Assembly: GCA_949474265.1 (NCBI GenBank)
Contig: CASXBC010000003.1
Location: forward strand, 14,083 to 78,082
Source of the DNA: an uncultured bacterium
GTDB lineage: Bacteria; Bacillota; Clostridia; Christensenellales; UBA1242
DNA length: 64,000 bases
Direction: 5' to 3'
Positions within the stretch are counted from its first letter, which is position 1. Each line of letters starts with the position of its first letter. The position numbers were made by a program, and so were the translations under genes. Positions 26,888 through 36,295 of the stretch are shown here, in pieces. The notes under the pieces are model-generated. The model had not been told where the DNA came from. It worked only from the letters and a program-made list of their open reading frames with translations, and did no database searches.

Positions 26888-28966
26888 ATGAGCTTGAAAC
26901 TTGTTGTTATTGAAGCTCCAGCAAAAAGGGAGACTTTGAAAAAATATTTGGGAGATGGCTATGAAGTGTTTGCCACAAAAGGTCACATTAGAGACCTGCC
27001 TGCAAAATCTTTTGCCATTGACTTAAACAATAATTACGAACCTCATTATGAAAACAATGCTGATAAGAAAGAGCTTATTGGCGAACTTAAAAGAAAAGCC
27101 GAAAAAGCAGATGAAGTGCTGATTGCTACCGACCCTGATAGAGAGGGGGAGGCAATATCATGGCATGTTGCACATGTTTTAGGACTTGACCCAAGCAACA
27201 AATGCCGTATTCAATTTAATGAGATTTCAAAAAAGGCTGTTTTAAAGGCGTTGGAATCTCCAAGAGAGATTGACTTAAACCTTGTCAATGCTCAACAAGC
27301 AAGGCGTGTTATGGATAGAATTGTGGGCTATAAGCTTTCTCCAATCCTGTCAAAGAAAATTGCACCAAAACTCTCAGCAGGAAGAGTTCAATCTGTGGCA
27401 TTGAAACTTGTTGTTGATAGAGAAATTGAAATTGAAGAGTTTAAGCCTGAAGAATATTGGAATGTAACTGCTGAGCATAGCAAACAAACAGTTAAGTTTA
27501 AGTCGGCTCTCACACAATATAAAAGCAAGAAAATTAAAATTCAAAACAAAGAGCAAGTTGATAAAGTTTTGGCAGATATCAAGGGGCAAGATTTTGTTGT
27601 TAGCGAAATTAAGAAAACAAATTCAAAATCTCATGCTCCAGCACCATTCACAACCAGCACTATGCAACAAGATGCTGGAAACAAACTTGGAATGAGTTTG
27701 AAAAAAATCACCTCTTGTGCTCAAGAACTTTATGAAGGAGTTGAAGTTAAGGGAGAGGGCAAAATTGCTCTCATCACTTACATCAGAACAGACTCAACCA
27801 GAGTTTCAGTTGATGCGCAAAACGCTTGTCGTGACTTTGTAGCACAAAAATATGGTAAGGAATTTGTGCCTGCCAAACCAAATGTTTATGCCACAAAAGG
27901 CAATGCTCAGGATGCTCACGAGGCAATTAGACCTATTTCTATGCAAATCACACCAGAGGCAGTTAAGGATTCTTTAACAAAAGAAAACTACCGTCTTTAC
28001 AAGTTGATTTATGAGAGATTTATGGCAAGCCAGATGACAGAGGCGGAGTATTCAAATGTCAATGTTTTAATGAAAGTAAATGACTATACATTCAAGGCGA
28101 CAGGAAAAACGCTTGAGTTTGCAGGTTTCACTGCAGTGTATAAAGAATACACTGAAGAAGATAAAGAGAAAGATTCTGGTAAGTTGCCAAAACTTGAAGA
28201 AGGGGAAATTGTAAAAGTTGATGCCATAAAGGAAGAGCAAAAGTTTACAAAACCACCTGCCAGATTTACTGAAACAAGCCTTGTTAAAGCTATGGAAGAA
28301 AAGGGGATTGGTCGTCCTGCAACTTATGCTGCAACAATCACAATTTTGACTGCAAGAAACTATTGTTCAAAGGATGGTCGTTATCTTGTTCCAACAGAGC
28401 TTGGCAGACACATCACAGAATATCTTGATAAGTTTTTCCATGGAGTTATCAATGTAAAATTTACTGCTCACATGGAAAATAGACTTGATGAAATCGCGGA
28501 AAGCAAAGATGATTGGCATGATGTTGTTGACAGCTTTTGGAATGGCTTTAAAGGGCTTTTGGAAAGAGCTGATGCAAGCAGTTTGACTATGAAATCTCAA
28601 CCTATTGAAACAGACATTCTTTGTGAAAACTGTGGACATAAAATGCTTATTAGAGAAGGAAGATATGGCAAGTTTTTGGGTTGCTCAAATTTCCCTAAGT
28701 GCAGAAATGTTAAGTCTTATGAATCAGATGAAAAGAAGCCTGTTGGAAAGTGTCCACATTGTGCTAAAAATATTTTTGCATTTAAAACTAAAAAGGGTAA
28801 AATCTTTTATGCTTGTGAGGACAGAACAGGTTGCAACTTTATGAGTTGGGATATTCCAACAGGAGAGAAGTGTCCAAAATGTTCGGAATATCTTGTAAAA
28901 AAAGGTAAGCTTGTCAAATGTTCTAAATGTGATTACAAACTCTCAAGTGAGGAAAAGCAAGATTAA
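26888..28966 (+). CDS. topA: DNA topoisomerase I
   Basis: 692 aa. TOPRIM (VIEAPAKR, ATDPDREGE), active-site region YIRTDS and C-terminal CxxC zinc ribbons. Confidence 0.97.
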   Translation: MSLKLVVIEAPAKRETLKKYLGDGYEVFATKGHIRDLPAKSFAIDLNNNYEPHYENNADKKELIGELKRKAEKADEVLIATDPDREGEAISWHVAHVLGLDPSNKCRIQFNEISKKAVLKALESPREIDLNLVNAQQARRVMDRIVGYKLSPILSKKIAPKLSAGRVQSVALKLVVDREIEIEEFKPEEYWNVTAEHSKQTVKFKSALTQYKSKKIKIQNKEQVDKVLADIKGQDFVVSEIKKTNSKSHAPAPFTTSTMQQDAGNKLGMSLKKITSCAQELYEGVEVKGEGKIALITYIRTDSTRVSVDAQNACRDFVAQKYGKEFVPAKPNVYATKGNAQDAHEAIRPISMQITPEAVKDSLTKENYRLYKLIYERFMASQMTEAEYSNVNVLMKVNDYTFKATGKTLEFAGFTAVYKEYTEEDKEKDSGKLPKLEEGEIVKVDAIKEEQKFTKPPARFTETSLVKAMEEKGIGRPATYAATITILTARNYCSKDGRYLVPTELGRHITEYLDKFFHGVINVKFTAHMENRLDEIAESKDDWHDVVDSFWNGFKGLLERADASSLTMKSQPIETDILCENCGHKMLIREGRYGKFLGCSNFPKCRNVKSYESDEKKPVGKCPHCAKNIFAFKTKKGKIFYACEDRTGCNFMSWDIPTGEKCPKCSEYLVKKGKLVKCSKCDYKLSSEEKQD

Positions 28967-28972
28967 TAGATT

Positions 28973-29000
28973 AAAGCGACAAATTTGTCGCTTTATTTTT
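28973..29000 (+). terminator. Rho-independent terminator
   Basis: AAAGCGACA-aatt-TGTCGCTTT plus ATTTTT. Confidence 0.8.
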
Positions 29001-29116
29001 GTTGTTTGGTTTAAAAATGATGAAAAATTGTGATAAGTTTTAGGTTATTTAATGGGCTGTATGTTATAATTATATTGGGTTAGTCTAATTGGACAAAACA
29101 ACTTAAGGAGATTGAA

Positions 29117-29659
29117 ATGGAAACAGTTTTCAGAGGCACAACAATTTGTGCGGTAAAAAGAAATGGAAAAATTGCTGTTGCAGGAGATGGACAGGTGACA
29201 ATGCAAAACAGCATTATTTTCAAAAACAATGCAAGAAAAGTTAGAAGAATTTACAATAATAGTGTCGTGATAGGCTTTGCGGGCTCAGTTGCTGATGCGT
29301 TTTCGCTTAGTGAAAGATTTGAGGGTATGCTCAACAAGTTTGCTGGAAACCTTATGAGAAGTGCTGTTGAACTTGCTCAACTTTGGAGAGATGACAAAGT
29401 TGCAAGACAACTTGAAGCAATGATGATTGTTGCTGATAAAAATCAGCTTCTTATTTTGGATGGGGCTGGAAATGTTATTGAGCCTCAAGATGATATTTGT
29501 GCAATTGGTTCAGGTGGAAATTATGCACTTGCTGCTGCTAGGGCTCTCATTCAAAACACAGATTATGATGCGAAAGAAGTTGCATATAAAGCACTTAAGA
29601 TTGCAAGCGAAATTTGTGTGTTTACAAATGAGAATATCATTGTCGAAGAGTTGAACTAG
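29117..29659 (+). CDS. hslV: ATP-dependent protease subunit HslV
   Basis: 180 aa. [12 protein letters not shown]-terminal Thr nucleophile region and GSGGNYA. Confidence 0.95.
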   Translation: METVFRGTTICAVKRNGKIAVAGDGQVTMQNSIIFKNNARKVRRIYNNSVVIGFAGSVADAFSLSERFEGMLNKFAGNLMRSAVELAQLWRDDKVARQLEAMMIVADKNQLLILDGAGNVIEPQDDICAIGSGGNYALAAARALIQNTDYDAKEVAYKALKIASEICVFTNENIIVEELN

Positions 29660-29673
29660 GGAGGAGGTTTAAA

Positions 29674-30969
29674 ATGAATTATACACCAAAACAAATAGTA
29701 AACGAGCTTGATAAATATATTGTTGGGCAAAATAAAGCTAAAAGAGCGGTGGCTATTGCTCTTAGAAACAGATATAGAAGAAGCACATTGCCTGTTGAAG
29801 TTAGAGATGAAATCACTCCAAAAAATATTGTTATGAGCGGTCCAACAGGTGTTGGTAAGACAGAGATTGCAAGGAGACTTGCAAAACTTGTTGGTGCGCC
29901 TTTTGTAAAGGTTGAAGCAACAAAATACACTGAGGTTGGATATGTTGGACGTGACGTTGAAAGCATGGTTCGTGACTTGGTTGAAGTTTCTGTAAGAATG
30001 GTGAAAGACAAGAAAAAGAAAGAAGTTGAAAACAAGGTTATGCCAATTGTGGAAGAAAAACTTGTTGATGCTCTTTTTCAAAATCGTAGAGTGACAGAAG
30101 TTGAAGTTTCAAAAGAAAAGCTTTTGGAAGAATTGCGTGCGAGAAAGTGTGAAGATGAAAATGTTGAAATTGTTGTGCTTGAAACTCCAAAACCTATGAT
30201 GGCTCTTGGTGGAGAAGCAATCAATCTTGGCTCAATGTTTGAAGGTTTGGCACCACAAAAGCATAAGAAGAAAAAGATGACTGTAAAACACGCTCGTGAA
30301 GCTCTTTTGCAGGAAGAATCAGATAAGGTAATTGATATGGATAATGTCAATGAAGAAGCAATAACTCTTGCAGAAGAACAAGGAATAATCTTCATTGATG
30401 AAATTGACAAAATAATTGGAAAGAGCCAAGCAACAAACAGTGCAGATGTTTCAAGAGAGGGGGTTCAAAGAGACATTTTGCCTATTGTTGAAGGAAGTAC
30501 AGTTTCAACAAAATATGGAAATGTAAAAACTGACTTCATTTTGTTTGTTGCAGCTGGGGCATTCCATATAGCGAAAATGGAAGATATGATTCCAGAGCTT
30601 CAAGGCAGATTTCCTATAAGAGTTCAGCTTGAAAGCTTGACTAAAGAAGATTTTAAAAATATTTTAAGCACACCAAAAAATGCTGTGACAGTCCAATATT
30701 CAAATCTTTTGAAAGTGGACAACATAAATCTTGTTTTTAAAGATGATGCACTTGATGAAATTGCAGAAATGGCAGAAAGGGAAAATGAAACTAGTGAAGA
30801 TTTGGGAGCAAGGAGATTGCACACAATAATGGAAGCACTTCTTGAGGATGTGTCATTCAATGCAACCGGAGAGCATCCTATGCTTGATGTAGTTATTGAT
30901 AAAAAATATGTCAATAATGTCTTTAAAGATAGACAGAGACAATATGACTTGAAAAAATATGTTTTATAA
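29674..30969 (+). CDS. hslU: ATP-dependent protease ATPase subunit HslU
   Basis: 431 aa. TPKQIVNELDKYIVGQ, GPTGVGKTEIARRLA, GIIFIDEIDK. Confidence 0.95.
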   Translation: MNYTPKQIVNELDKYIVGQNKAKRAVAIALRNRYRRSTLPVEVRDEITPKNIVMSGPTGVGKTEIARRLAKLVGAPFVKVEATKYTEVGYVGRDVESMVRDLVEVSVRMVKDKKKKEVENKVMPIVEEKLVDALFQNRRVTEVEVSKEKLLEELRARKCEDENVEIVVLETPKPMMALGGEAINLGSMFEGLAPQKHKKKKMTVKHAREALLQEESDKVIDMDNVNEEAITLAEEQGIIFIDEIDKIIGKSQATNSADVSREGVQRDILPIVEGSTVSTKYGNVKTDFILFVAAGAFHIAKMEDMIPELQGRFPIRVQLESLTKEDFKNILSTPKNAVTVQYSNLLKVDNINLVFKDDALDEIAEMAERENETSEDLGARRLHTIMEALLEDVSFNATGEHPMLDVVIDKKYVNNVFKDRQRQYDLKKYVL

Positions 30970-31022
30970 TATATCTAGTGGTGGTACTCAGTAATATTAT
31001 TAAATAACACCACAATATATTG
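30969..31022. repeat. Palindromic-family copy E
   Basis: ATATATCTAGTGGTGGTACTCAG-taatattat-TAAATAACACCACAATATATTG. Confidence 0.7.
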
Positions 31023-31041
31023 TATTTTGTAAGGATGACCT

Positions 31042-31728
31042 ATGTGGAAAGATAGAACTAAATTGTTGATTGGAGATGCTGGTATTTCAAAACTTGCCAA
31101 AGCAAAAGTAGCTGTTGTTGGGATTGGTGGTGTTGGCGGATATGTTTGTGAAATGCTTGTTAGAGCAGGATTGGGAAATTTGACTTTTGTTGATTTTGAT
31201 TTGATTGATGAAACTAACATAAACCGTCAAACAGTTGCTAATGTTGAAACTGTAGGCAGATTAAAAACGGATGTTATGAAAGAATTGCTTTTAAAAATAA
31301 ATCCAAACTGCAATTTAACAAGTTTTAATGTCAAAATTTGCAATGAAAACATTGAAAATATTATTGGAAATGGAGCTTTTGATGTTGTCGTTGATGCTAT
31401 TGATAATGTGACAGACAAAGTTGATTTAATATGTTTTTGTAAAAAAGAAAACATACAAATTGTCTCTGCAATGGGTGCAGGAAACCGAGTTGGCGTTCCA
31501 AATTTCAAAGTGATGGATATTTATAAGACATACAATGATGGTCTTGCAAAGGTTATGAGAAAAAAACTTCGTGAAAGGGGTGTTGAAAAACTTGATGTTG
31601 TGTCATGTGATGAAACAGCACAAAAAATTGATAAAAAACAGCTTTCTGTTGGCAGTATTTCTTATTATCCAGCTATGTGCGGATGTGTTTTGAGTGCTTA
31701 TGTTGTTCAAAGCATTTTAAATAAATAA
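31042..31728 (+). CDS. tcdA: tRNA threonylcarbamoyladenosine dehydratase (ThiF/MoeB-like)
   Basis: 228 aa. VAVVGIGGVGGYVCEMLVRAGLGNLTFVDFDLIDETNINRQ. Confidence 0.85.
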   Translation: MWKDRTKLLIGDAGISKLAKAKVAVVGIGGVGGYVCEMLVRAGLGNLTFVDFDLIDETNINRQTVANVETVGRLKTDVMKELLLKINPNCNLTSFNVKICNENIENIIGNGAFDVVVDAIDNVTDKVDLICFCKKENIQIVSAMGAGNRVGVPNFKVMDIYKTYNDGLAKVMRKKLRERGVEKLDVVSCDETAQKIDKKQLSVGSISYYPAMCGCVLSAYVVQSILNK

Positions 31729-31779
31729 AATAATATTATAATATTCAAAATATATAATAAAATTAAAGGGGAAAGTTTT

Positions 31780-32094
31780 ATGGAAATTATTACAGAAAAA
31801 GATTTTGACGAAAAGATTAAAAAAGGTGTCGTACTTGTGGACTTTTTTGCTACCTGGTGTGGACCATGCAGAATGATGGTGCCAATTCTTGAAGAGGTTA
31901 AGCAAGAGCTTGAAGACAAAGTTGAAATTTATAAGGTTGATGTAGATGAAGATGTCAAACTTGCTAGAAAGTTTGGGATTATGAGTATTCCTTCACTTTA
32001 TATTTTTGTTGATGGCGAAATGAAAGAAAAACATATTGGATTATGGTCAAAAAATGATGTTGTTGAGGCTCTTAAAAAGCATATTTCTGACTAA
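31780..32094 (+). CDS. trxA: Thioredoxin
   Basis: 104 aa. FFATWCGPCRM active site. Confidence 0.95.
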   Translation: MEIITEKDFDEKIKKGVVLVDFFATWCGPCRMMVPILEEVKQELEDKVEIYKVDVDEDVKLARKFGIMSIPSLYIFVDGEMKEKHIGLWSKNDVVEALKKHISD

Positions 32095-32102
32095 AATCAC
32101 TC

Positions 32103-32131
32103 TTGACAACTATTTTGTTTGGTGTTAAAAT
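32103..32131 (+). promoter_or_regulatory. Sigma-A promoter of nifS-nifU
   Basis: TTGACA-17-TAAAAT with TGt extended -10. Confidence 0.65.
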
Positions 32132-32155
32132 TTAGATGGTTTAAAGGGGAAAATA

Positions 32156-33331
32156 ATGGACAGAAAGATATATTTGGATAACGCATCAACAACTTATGTT
32201 TCTAGTGAAGTTATGAACGAGATGATGCCATGTTTTAGTTCAATTTATGGCAATGCAGGCTCAGTGCATAGCTTTGGTAGAGATGCTATGGCAATTGTTG
32301 ATAAGGCTCGTGATAGAATTAAAGATGCAATTCATGCTCGCAAAGCAAATGAAATCTATTTTACAAGTGGTGGAACTGAAGCAGACAATTGGGCAATTCT
32401 TGGAGTTGCTCATGCGTATGCTGGAAAAGGTAAACACATTATTACAAGCCAAATTGAGCATCATGCGGTGCTTAATGCTTGTCAACAGCTTGAAAAAGAG
32501 GGTTTTGAAGTTACATATTTGCCTGTAGATAGCACAGGTCTTGTAGATTTGGCAGGGCTTTTGCATGCTATAAGAAAAGATACAATTTTGATTTCAATTA
32601 TGACAGTTAATAATGAAGTTGGAACAATACAAAATGTTAAGGCAATTGCCAAAATTGCTCATGATTACAATATTTTGTTTCATACTGACGCAGTGCAAGC
32701 TGTTGGAATTATGAAACTTGATGTTCAAGATATGGAAATTGACCTTATGTCTATGTCAGCACATAAAATTTATGGACCTAAGGGTGTTGGTGCACTTTAT
32801 GTCAAAGATGGTGTAATGATTGAACCTCTACATTTTGGTGGGGAAAATCAAGAGCGTGGCAAACGTGCAGGTACAGAGAATGTTCCTGCAATTGCCGGTT
32901 TTGGAAAAGCAGTAGAAATTGCATCAAAAAATTATATTATCACAAACAAACGACTTAAAATGATTAGAGATTATTTCCTTGAAAAACTTAGTGAAAAAGT
33001 GGAGCATTATCAGGTCAATGGCCATCCACAACAAAAATCAAATGCAATTTTAAATGTTTCATTTCTTGGTGTTGAAGGCGAATCAGTTTTGATGCTTTTG
33101 GATTTAAAAGGAATTTGTGTTTCAACCTCATCTGCTTGCACATCAAAATCATTGCTTCCATCTCATGTTTTGAAAGCTATGAATGTGCCAGATGAAGTTG
33201 CTCAAAGTTCTATCAGGATTTCTTTTGGAAATAATATATCAAAATCTGATGTGGATTATGTTGTTTCAGAGCTTCAAAAGACTGTAGCAAAGCTTCGTAC
33301 AATTTCTCCAATTAAAGTAGGGAGGAAATAA
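32156..33331 (+). CDS. nifS: Cysteine desulfurase NifS/IscS type
   Basis: 391 aa. SAHKIYGPKGVGALY PLP-lysine motif and SSACTS active-site loop. Confidence 0.93.
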   Translation: MDRKIYLDNASTTYVSSEVMNEMMPCFSSIYGNAGSVHSFGRDAMAIVDKARDRIKDAIHARKANEIYFTSGGTEADNWAILGVAHAYAGKGKHIITSQIEHHAVLNACQQLEKEGFEVTYLPVDSTGLVDLAGLLHAIRKDTILISIMTVNNEVGTIQNVKAIAKIAHDYNILFHTDAVQAVGIMKLDVQDMEIDLMSMSAHKIYGPKGVGALYVKDGVMIEPLHFGGENQERGKRAGTENVPAIAGFGKAVEIASKNYIITNKRLKMIRDYFLEKLSEKVEHYQVNGHPQQKSNAILNVSFLGVEGESVLMLLDLKGICVSTSSACTSKSLLPSHVLKAMNVPDEVAQSSIRISFGNNISKSDVDYVVSELQKTVAKLRTISPIKVGRK

Positions 33332-33333
33332 AC

Positions 33334-33750
33334 ATGATTTATAGCAAAACAATTTTAGATAGATTTCAAAATCCAAGAAATGCAGGTCAAATTTCTGGTG
33401 CAAATGCTGTTGGAGAAGCTGGAAATGCCGCATGTGGAGATGTTGTAAAATTATTTCTTAAAATTTCAGAAAATGGCATGATTGAAAATGCAAAATTTAA
33501 AACATTTGGCTGTTCTGCTTCTATTGCATCTTCTGATGTTGCTTGTGATTTAATTAAAGGCAAAAATATTGATGATGCACTAAAAGTGACAAGTGCTGAT
33601 ATTATAAAGATTTTAGGAGAATTGCCAGCTCATAAAATACATAGCTCTTTGCTTGCAGAAGAGGTAATTCGCTTGGCAATTTCTGATTATTACAAACGAA
33701 AAGAAAAAGCGACAAAGGCTGCAATAAGAAAATCTAAAAAAGCATTATAA
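33334..33750 (+). CDS. nifU: NifU/IscU-type Fe-S scaffold (third ligand Cys replaced by Ser)
   Basis: 138 aa. GNAACGDVV and TFGCSASIASS are present. The expected LPxxKxHCSxLAE reads LPAHKIHSSLLAEE. Confidence 0.85.
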   Translation: MIYSKTILDRFQNPRNAGQISGANAVGEAGNAACGDVVKLFLKISENGMIENAKFKTFGCSASIASSDVACDLIKGKNIDDALKVTSADIIKILGELPAHKIHSSLLAEEVIRLAISDYYKRKEKATKAAIRKSKKAL

Positions 33751-33780
33751 AAGGATTGCAACACGTTTAATATAAAAATA

Positions 33781-33818
33781 AAACACTTCAGCAAATTCAA
33801 AAGTTGAAGTGTTTTTTA
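33781..33818 (+). terminator. Rho-independent terminator
   Basis: AAACACTTCA...TGAAGTGTTT plus TTTT. Confidence 0.8.
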
Positions 33819-33877
33819 TGAAAGTAAAATATAGATTATTTGAAAATTTCTCATGATTTTATTGTTTATGAAAATTG

Positions 33878-33911
33878 TTGCATAATACCATATATTGACA
33901 GTAGTATTCAG
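33878..33911. repeat. Palindromic-family copy F (head-to-head)
   Basis: TTGCATAATACCATATATTGACAGTAGTATTCAG. No gene lies downstream on either strand within the gap. Confidence 0.75.
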
Positions 33912-34061
33912 GGCACCTTACTAAATATAGCCTATCTTTTCGTAAAACCTGTGTTTTGCGAATAAATGTAGATGTTCTCCAAAACAAAAAACCAGTGACC
34001 TCCCAACAAAAATCTGTTAGTTTTTTAAAAAATTGCTCTTTAAAACTTCCTTGGTTTTATT

Positions 34062-34655
34062 TTACGACGACTTTTCTGCAAAAACTTCAACAACCTCTGC
34101 ATCCCCAACAAATAAGATTTCCTTTACCGGAGCTGTTGATTTTTGATTTTGCCCCCAATAACTTTCTGCCAGCTGCTTATATTCGTTGAAAGATTTTCCT
34201 GGTCTACTCAACCCAACATCTCTAGCATAGAATGCTTCTCCATTTACTTTGACAGCGATTGCTTGATATAAGATGCTTTCTCCTTTTGTTTTCTTCAACA
34301 TGGATTCAAAGTTTTTTATTACCACTTCTTTTTTATCAGATAAAAACATACATTTAAAACGAGATGGTTTGTTTGGAAATTTTTCTTTCCTGACTTGTTC
34401 AACAGCAATTTCCCTCATAAATAAATCATAATTTGATAAAGCATTTGATAGTTTATATAGAAGTTCTTTATTTTTAAAAATCCCTTTTTCTGCATGTTGA
34501 AAGGCTAACCAACGAAAAGGTTCTCCATTTTCGTTAAATTCAAAGTCAAATATTTTTATTTGACCGTTAAATTTTTCTCCAAAATGAAGCTTATCACCCA
34601 CCTTAAAGTTTCTGTTTGTTGCAACTTGATATAAAATCTTATTTTTGAATTTCAA
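34062..34655 (-). CDS. Hypothetical soluble protein (197 aa), last gene of the tgt operon
   Basis: TTG start with GGAGA 6 nt upstream, 23 nt after the tgt stop. No family recognised. Confidence 0.6.
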   Translation of the reverse strand: MKFKNKILYQVATNRNFKVGDKLHFGEKFNGQIKIFDFEFNENGEPFRWLAFQHAEKGIFKNKELLYKLSNALSNYDLFMREIAVEQVRKEKFPNKPSRFKCMFLSDKKEVVIKNFESMLKKTKGESILYQAIAVKVNGEAFYARDVGLSRPGKSFNEYKQLAESYWGQNQKSTAPVKEILFVGDAEVVEVFAEKSS

Positions 34656-34678
34656 TTTTTATCTCCATTGTATTAAAG

Positions 34679-35797
34679 TTATACCTTATATTTTGAGCGG
34701 AAATTTTCAAGGAACTCTGGGAAATAATCCCCTAATATTGCCTCTCTAGACTGCTCTGCAAGTCTAATCAAAAATCTTAGGTTGTGAATTGAGAGAAGTT
34801 CTGCACCAAGCATCTCATCTGCATTAATGAGATGACGTATATAGCCCCTCGAGAAATGTTTGCAAGCATAGCAGTCACAATCATCTTCTATTGGTCTAAA
34901 ATCCTCTTTAAAAGTAGAATTTTTGATGACCATTTTGCCATGTTTTGAGAAAGCTGTGCCATTTCTAGCGATTCTGGTTGGCAAAACACAATCCATCATA
35001 TCAATGCCTCTAGCGAAGCCTTCAATTAGGCAATCTGGACTGCCAACGCCCATCAAATATCTTGGCATATCATGAGGAAGAATTGGATTTAAGAAGTCAA
35101 GCATGTCATACATAACACTTTTTTCTTCACCAACAGAAAGCCCACCAATTGCAATTCCGCAACGAGCATAAGGTTTGCAGTCCTCAACGCATTTTGCCCT
35201 CAAATCTTTATACATATTTCCTTGGACAATTGGAAAGAGTATCTGCTCCCCTCCTTTGTGAGCTTTATAGCATTTTTCAAGCCAAATTTTTGTTAGTTCT
35301 CTTGCTTTTTCAGCTTCAGCATAAGTTGCAGTTGCCTCAGTACATTGGTCAAGTGCCATATTAATGTCACTGCCAAGGGAATGTTGAATTTCCATACAAA
35401 GTTCTGGAGTCATTAAAAACTTTTCCCCACTTAGATGAGACTTAAACTCCACCCCTTTTTCAGACACTTTTCTCAAATCAGAGAGAGAAAATACCTGAAA
35501 ACCACCACTGTCTGTGAGGATTGGTTTGTTCCAATTCATCATTTTATGAAGTCCACCAGCCCTTTCAACAATGTCATGTCCTGGGCGAAGAAACAAATGA
35601 TATGTGTTTGACAAAATAATTTGTGCGTTCATATCATGCAAATCTTCAGGTCTGAGACCTTTTACGGTGCCTTGAGTTCCAACAGGCATAAAAACCGGAG
35701 TTTTTATATCCCCTCTTGGAGTATGAAAAACACCAGCTCTTGCTCCTGTTTTTGAGCATTCTTTTATTATTTCATAACTAAAAAATTTATCTTGCAT
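34679..35797 (-). CDS. tgt: Queuine tRNA-ribosyltransferase
   Basis: 372 aa. FMPVGTQGTVKG, TDSGGFQVFS, zinc site CDCYACKHFSRGYIRHL. Confidence 0.97.
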   Translation of the reverse strand: MQDKFFSYEIIKECSKTGARAGVFHTPRGDIKTPVFMPVGTQGTVKGLRPEDLHDMNAQIILSNTYHLFLRPGHDIVERAGGLHKMMNWNKPILTDSGGFQVFSLSDLRKVSEKGVEFKSHLSGEKFLMTPELCMEIQHSLGSDINMALDQCTEATATYAEAEKARELTKIWLEKCYKAHKGGEQILFPIVQGNMYKDLRAKCVEDCKPYARCGIAIGGLSVGEEKSVMYDMLDFLNPILPHDMPRYLMGVGSPDCLIEGFARGIDMMDCVLPTRIARNGTAFSKHGKMVIKNSTFKEDFRPIEDDCDCYACKHFSRGYIRHLINADEMLGAELLSIHNLRFLIRLAEQSREAILGDYFPEFLENFRSKYKV

Positions 35798-35805
35798 AGT
35801 TTTTC

Positions 35806-36285
35806 TTAAAGTTCCTTTCTTAATTGGATGTTATAATCGTTGAATCCATTTTTCTTATAAAATTCTATTGCATTATCATTGCCGAAACTTGCAGTTACAA
35901 TTATTCTGCTTGCATCTTGCGTTTTACAATAATTTGTGAAGTTGTCTATTAGTTTTGAGCCAACTCCAAATTTTCTATATTCTTCTTTAACAAACATATT
36001 TTCAAGTTCGGCAGTGATGCCTGAATAACATGAATAGGTGTTGTCTCTATAAATTGAGCCTGCTAAATACCCTACAGGCATCCCCTCCCTGCCAGCTTCA
36101 GCAATTATCACATATTCATTCTCAATTAAGTTTTCAAAGTATTCTTTTGAATTCTTTGAGAAAGCCCAATCTTCAACATAAGAGTCATAGTTGTTTTTTA
36201 TTTCAAATTCAAACAAACTATTGTTTAAATTCTGTATAGTTTTTAAATCAGTTATATTGGCTTTTCTAACTTTTATCTCTGGCAT
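35806..36285 (-). CDS. GNAT-family N-acetyltransferase
   Basis: About 160 aa from the ATG at 36285 (GGGGAG RBS). FVKEEYRKFGVGSKLI acetyl-CoA motif. The longer track ORF overlaps queA. Confidence 0.8.
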   Translation of the reverse strand: MPEIKVRKANITDLKTIQNLNNSLFEFEIKNNYDSYVEDWAFSKNSKEYFENLIENEYVIIAEAGREGMPVGYLAGSIYRDNTYSCYSGITAELENMFVKEEYRKFGVGSKLIDNFTNYCKTQDASRIIVTASFGNDNAIEFYKKNGFNDYNIQLRKEL

Positions 36286-36295
36286 AATCACTCCC

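Noticed and set aside
33956-34189. 77-aa plus-strand ORF spanning the non-coding gap and the 3' end of the 197-aa gene. Also the 17307-17519 minus-strand 70-aa ORF.
   Set aside because: Neither has an RBS. Their compositions are atypical, and they overlap better-supported features or repeat elements.
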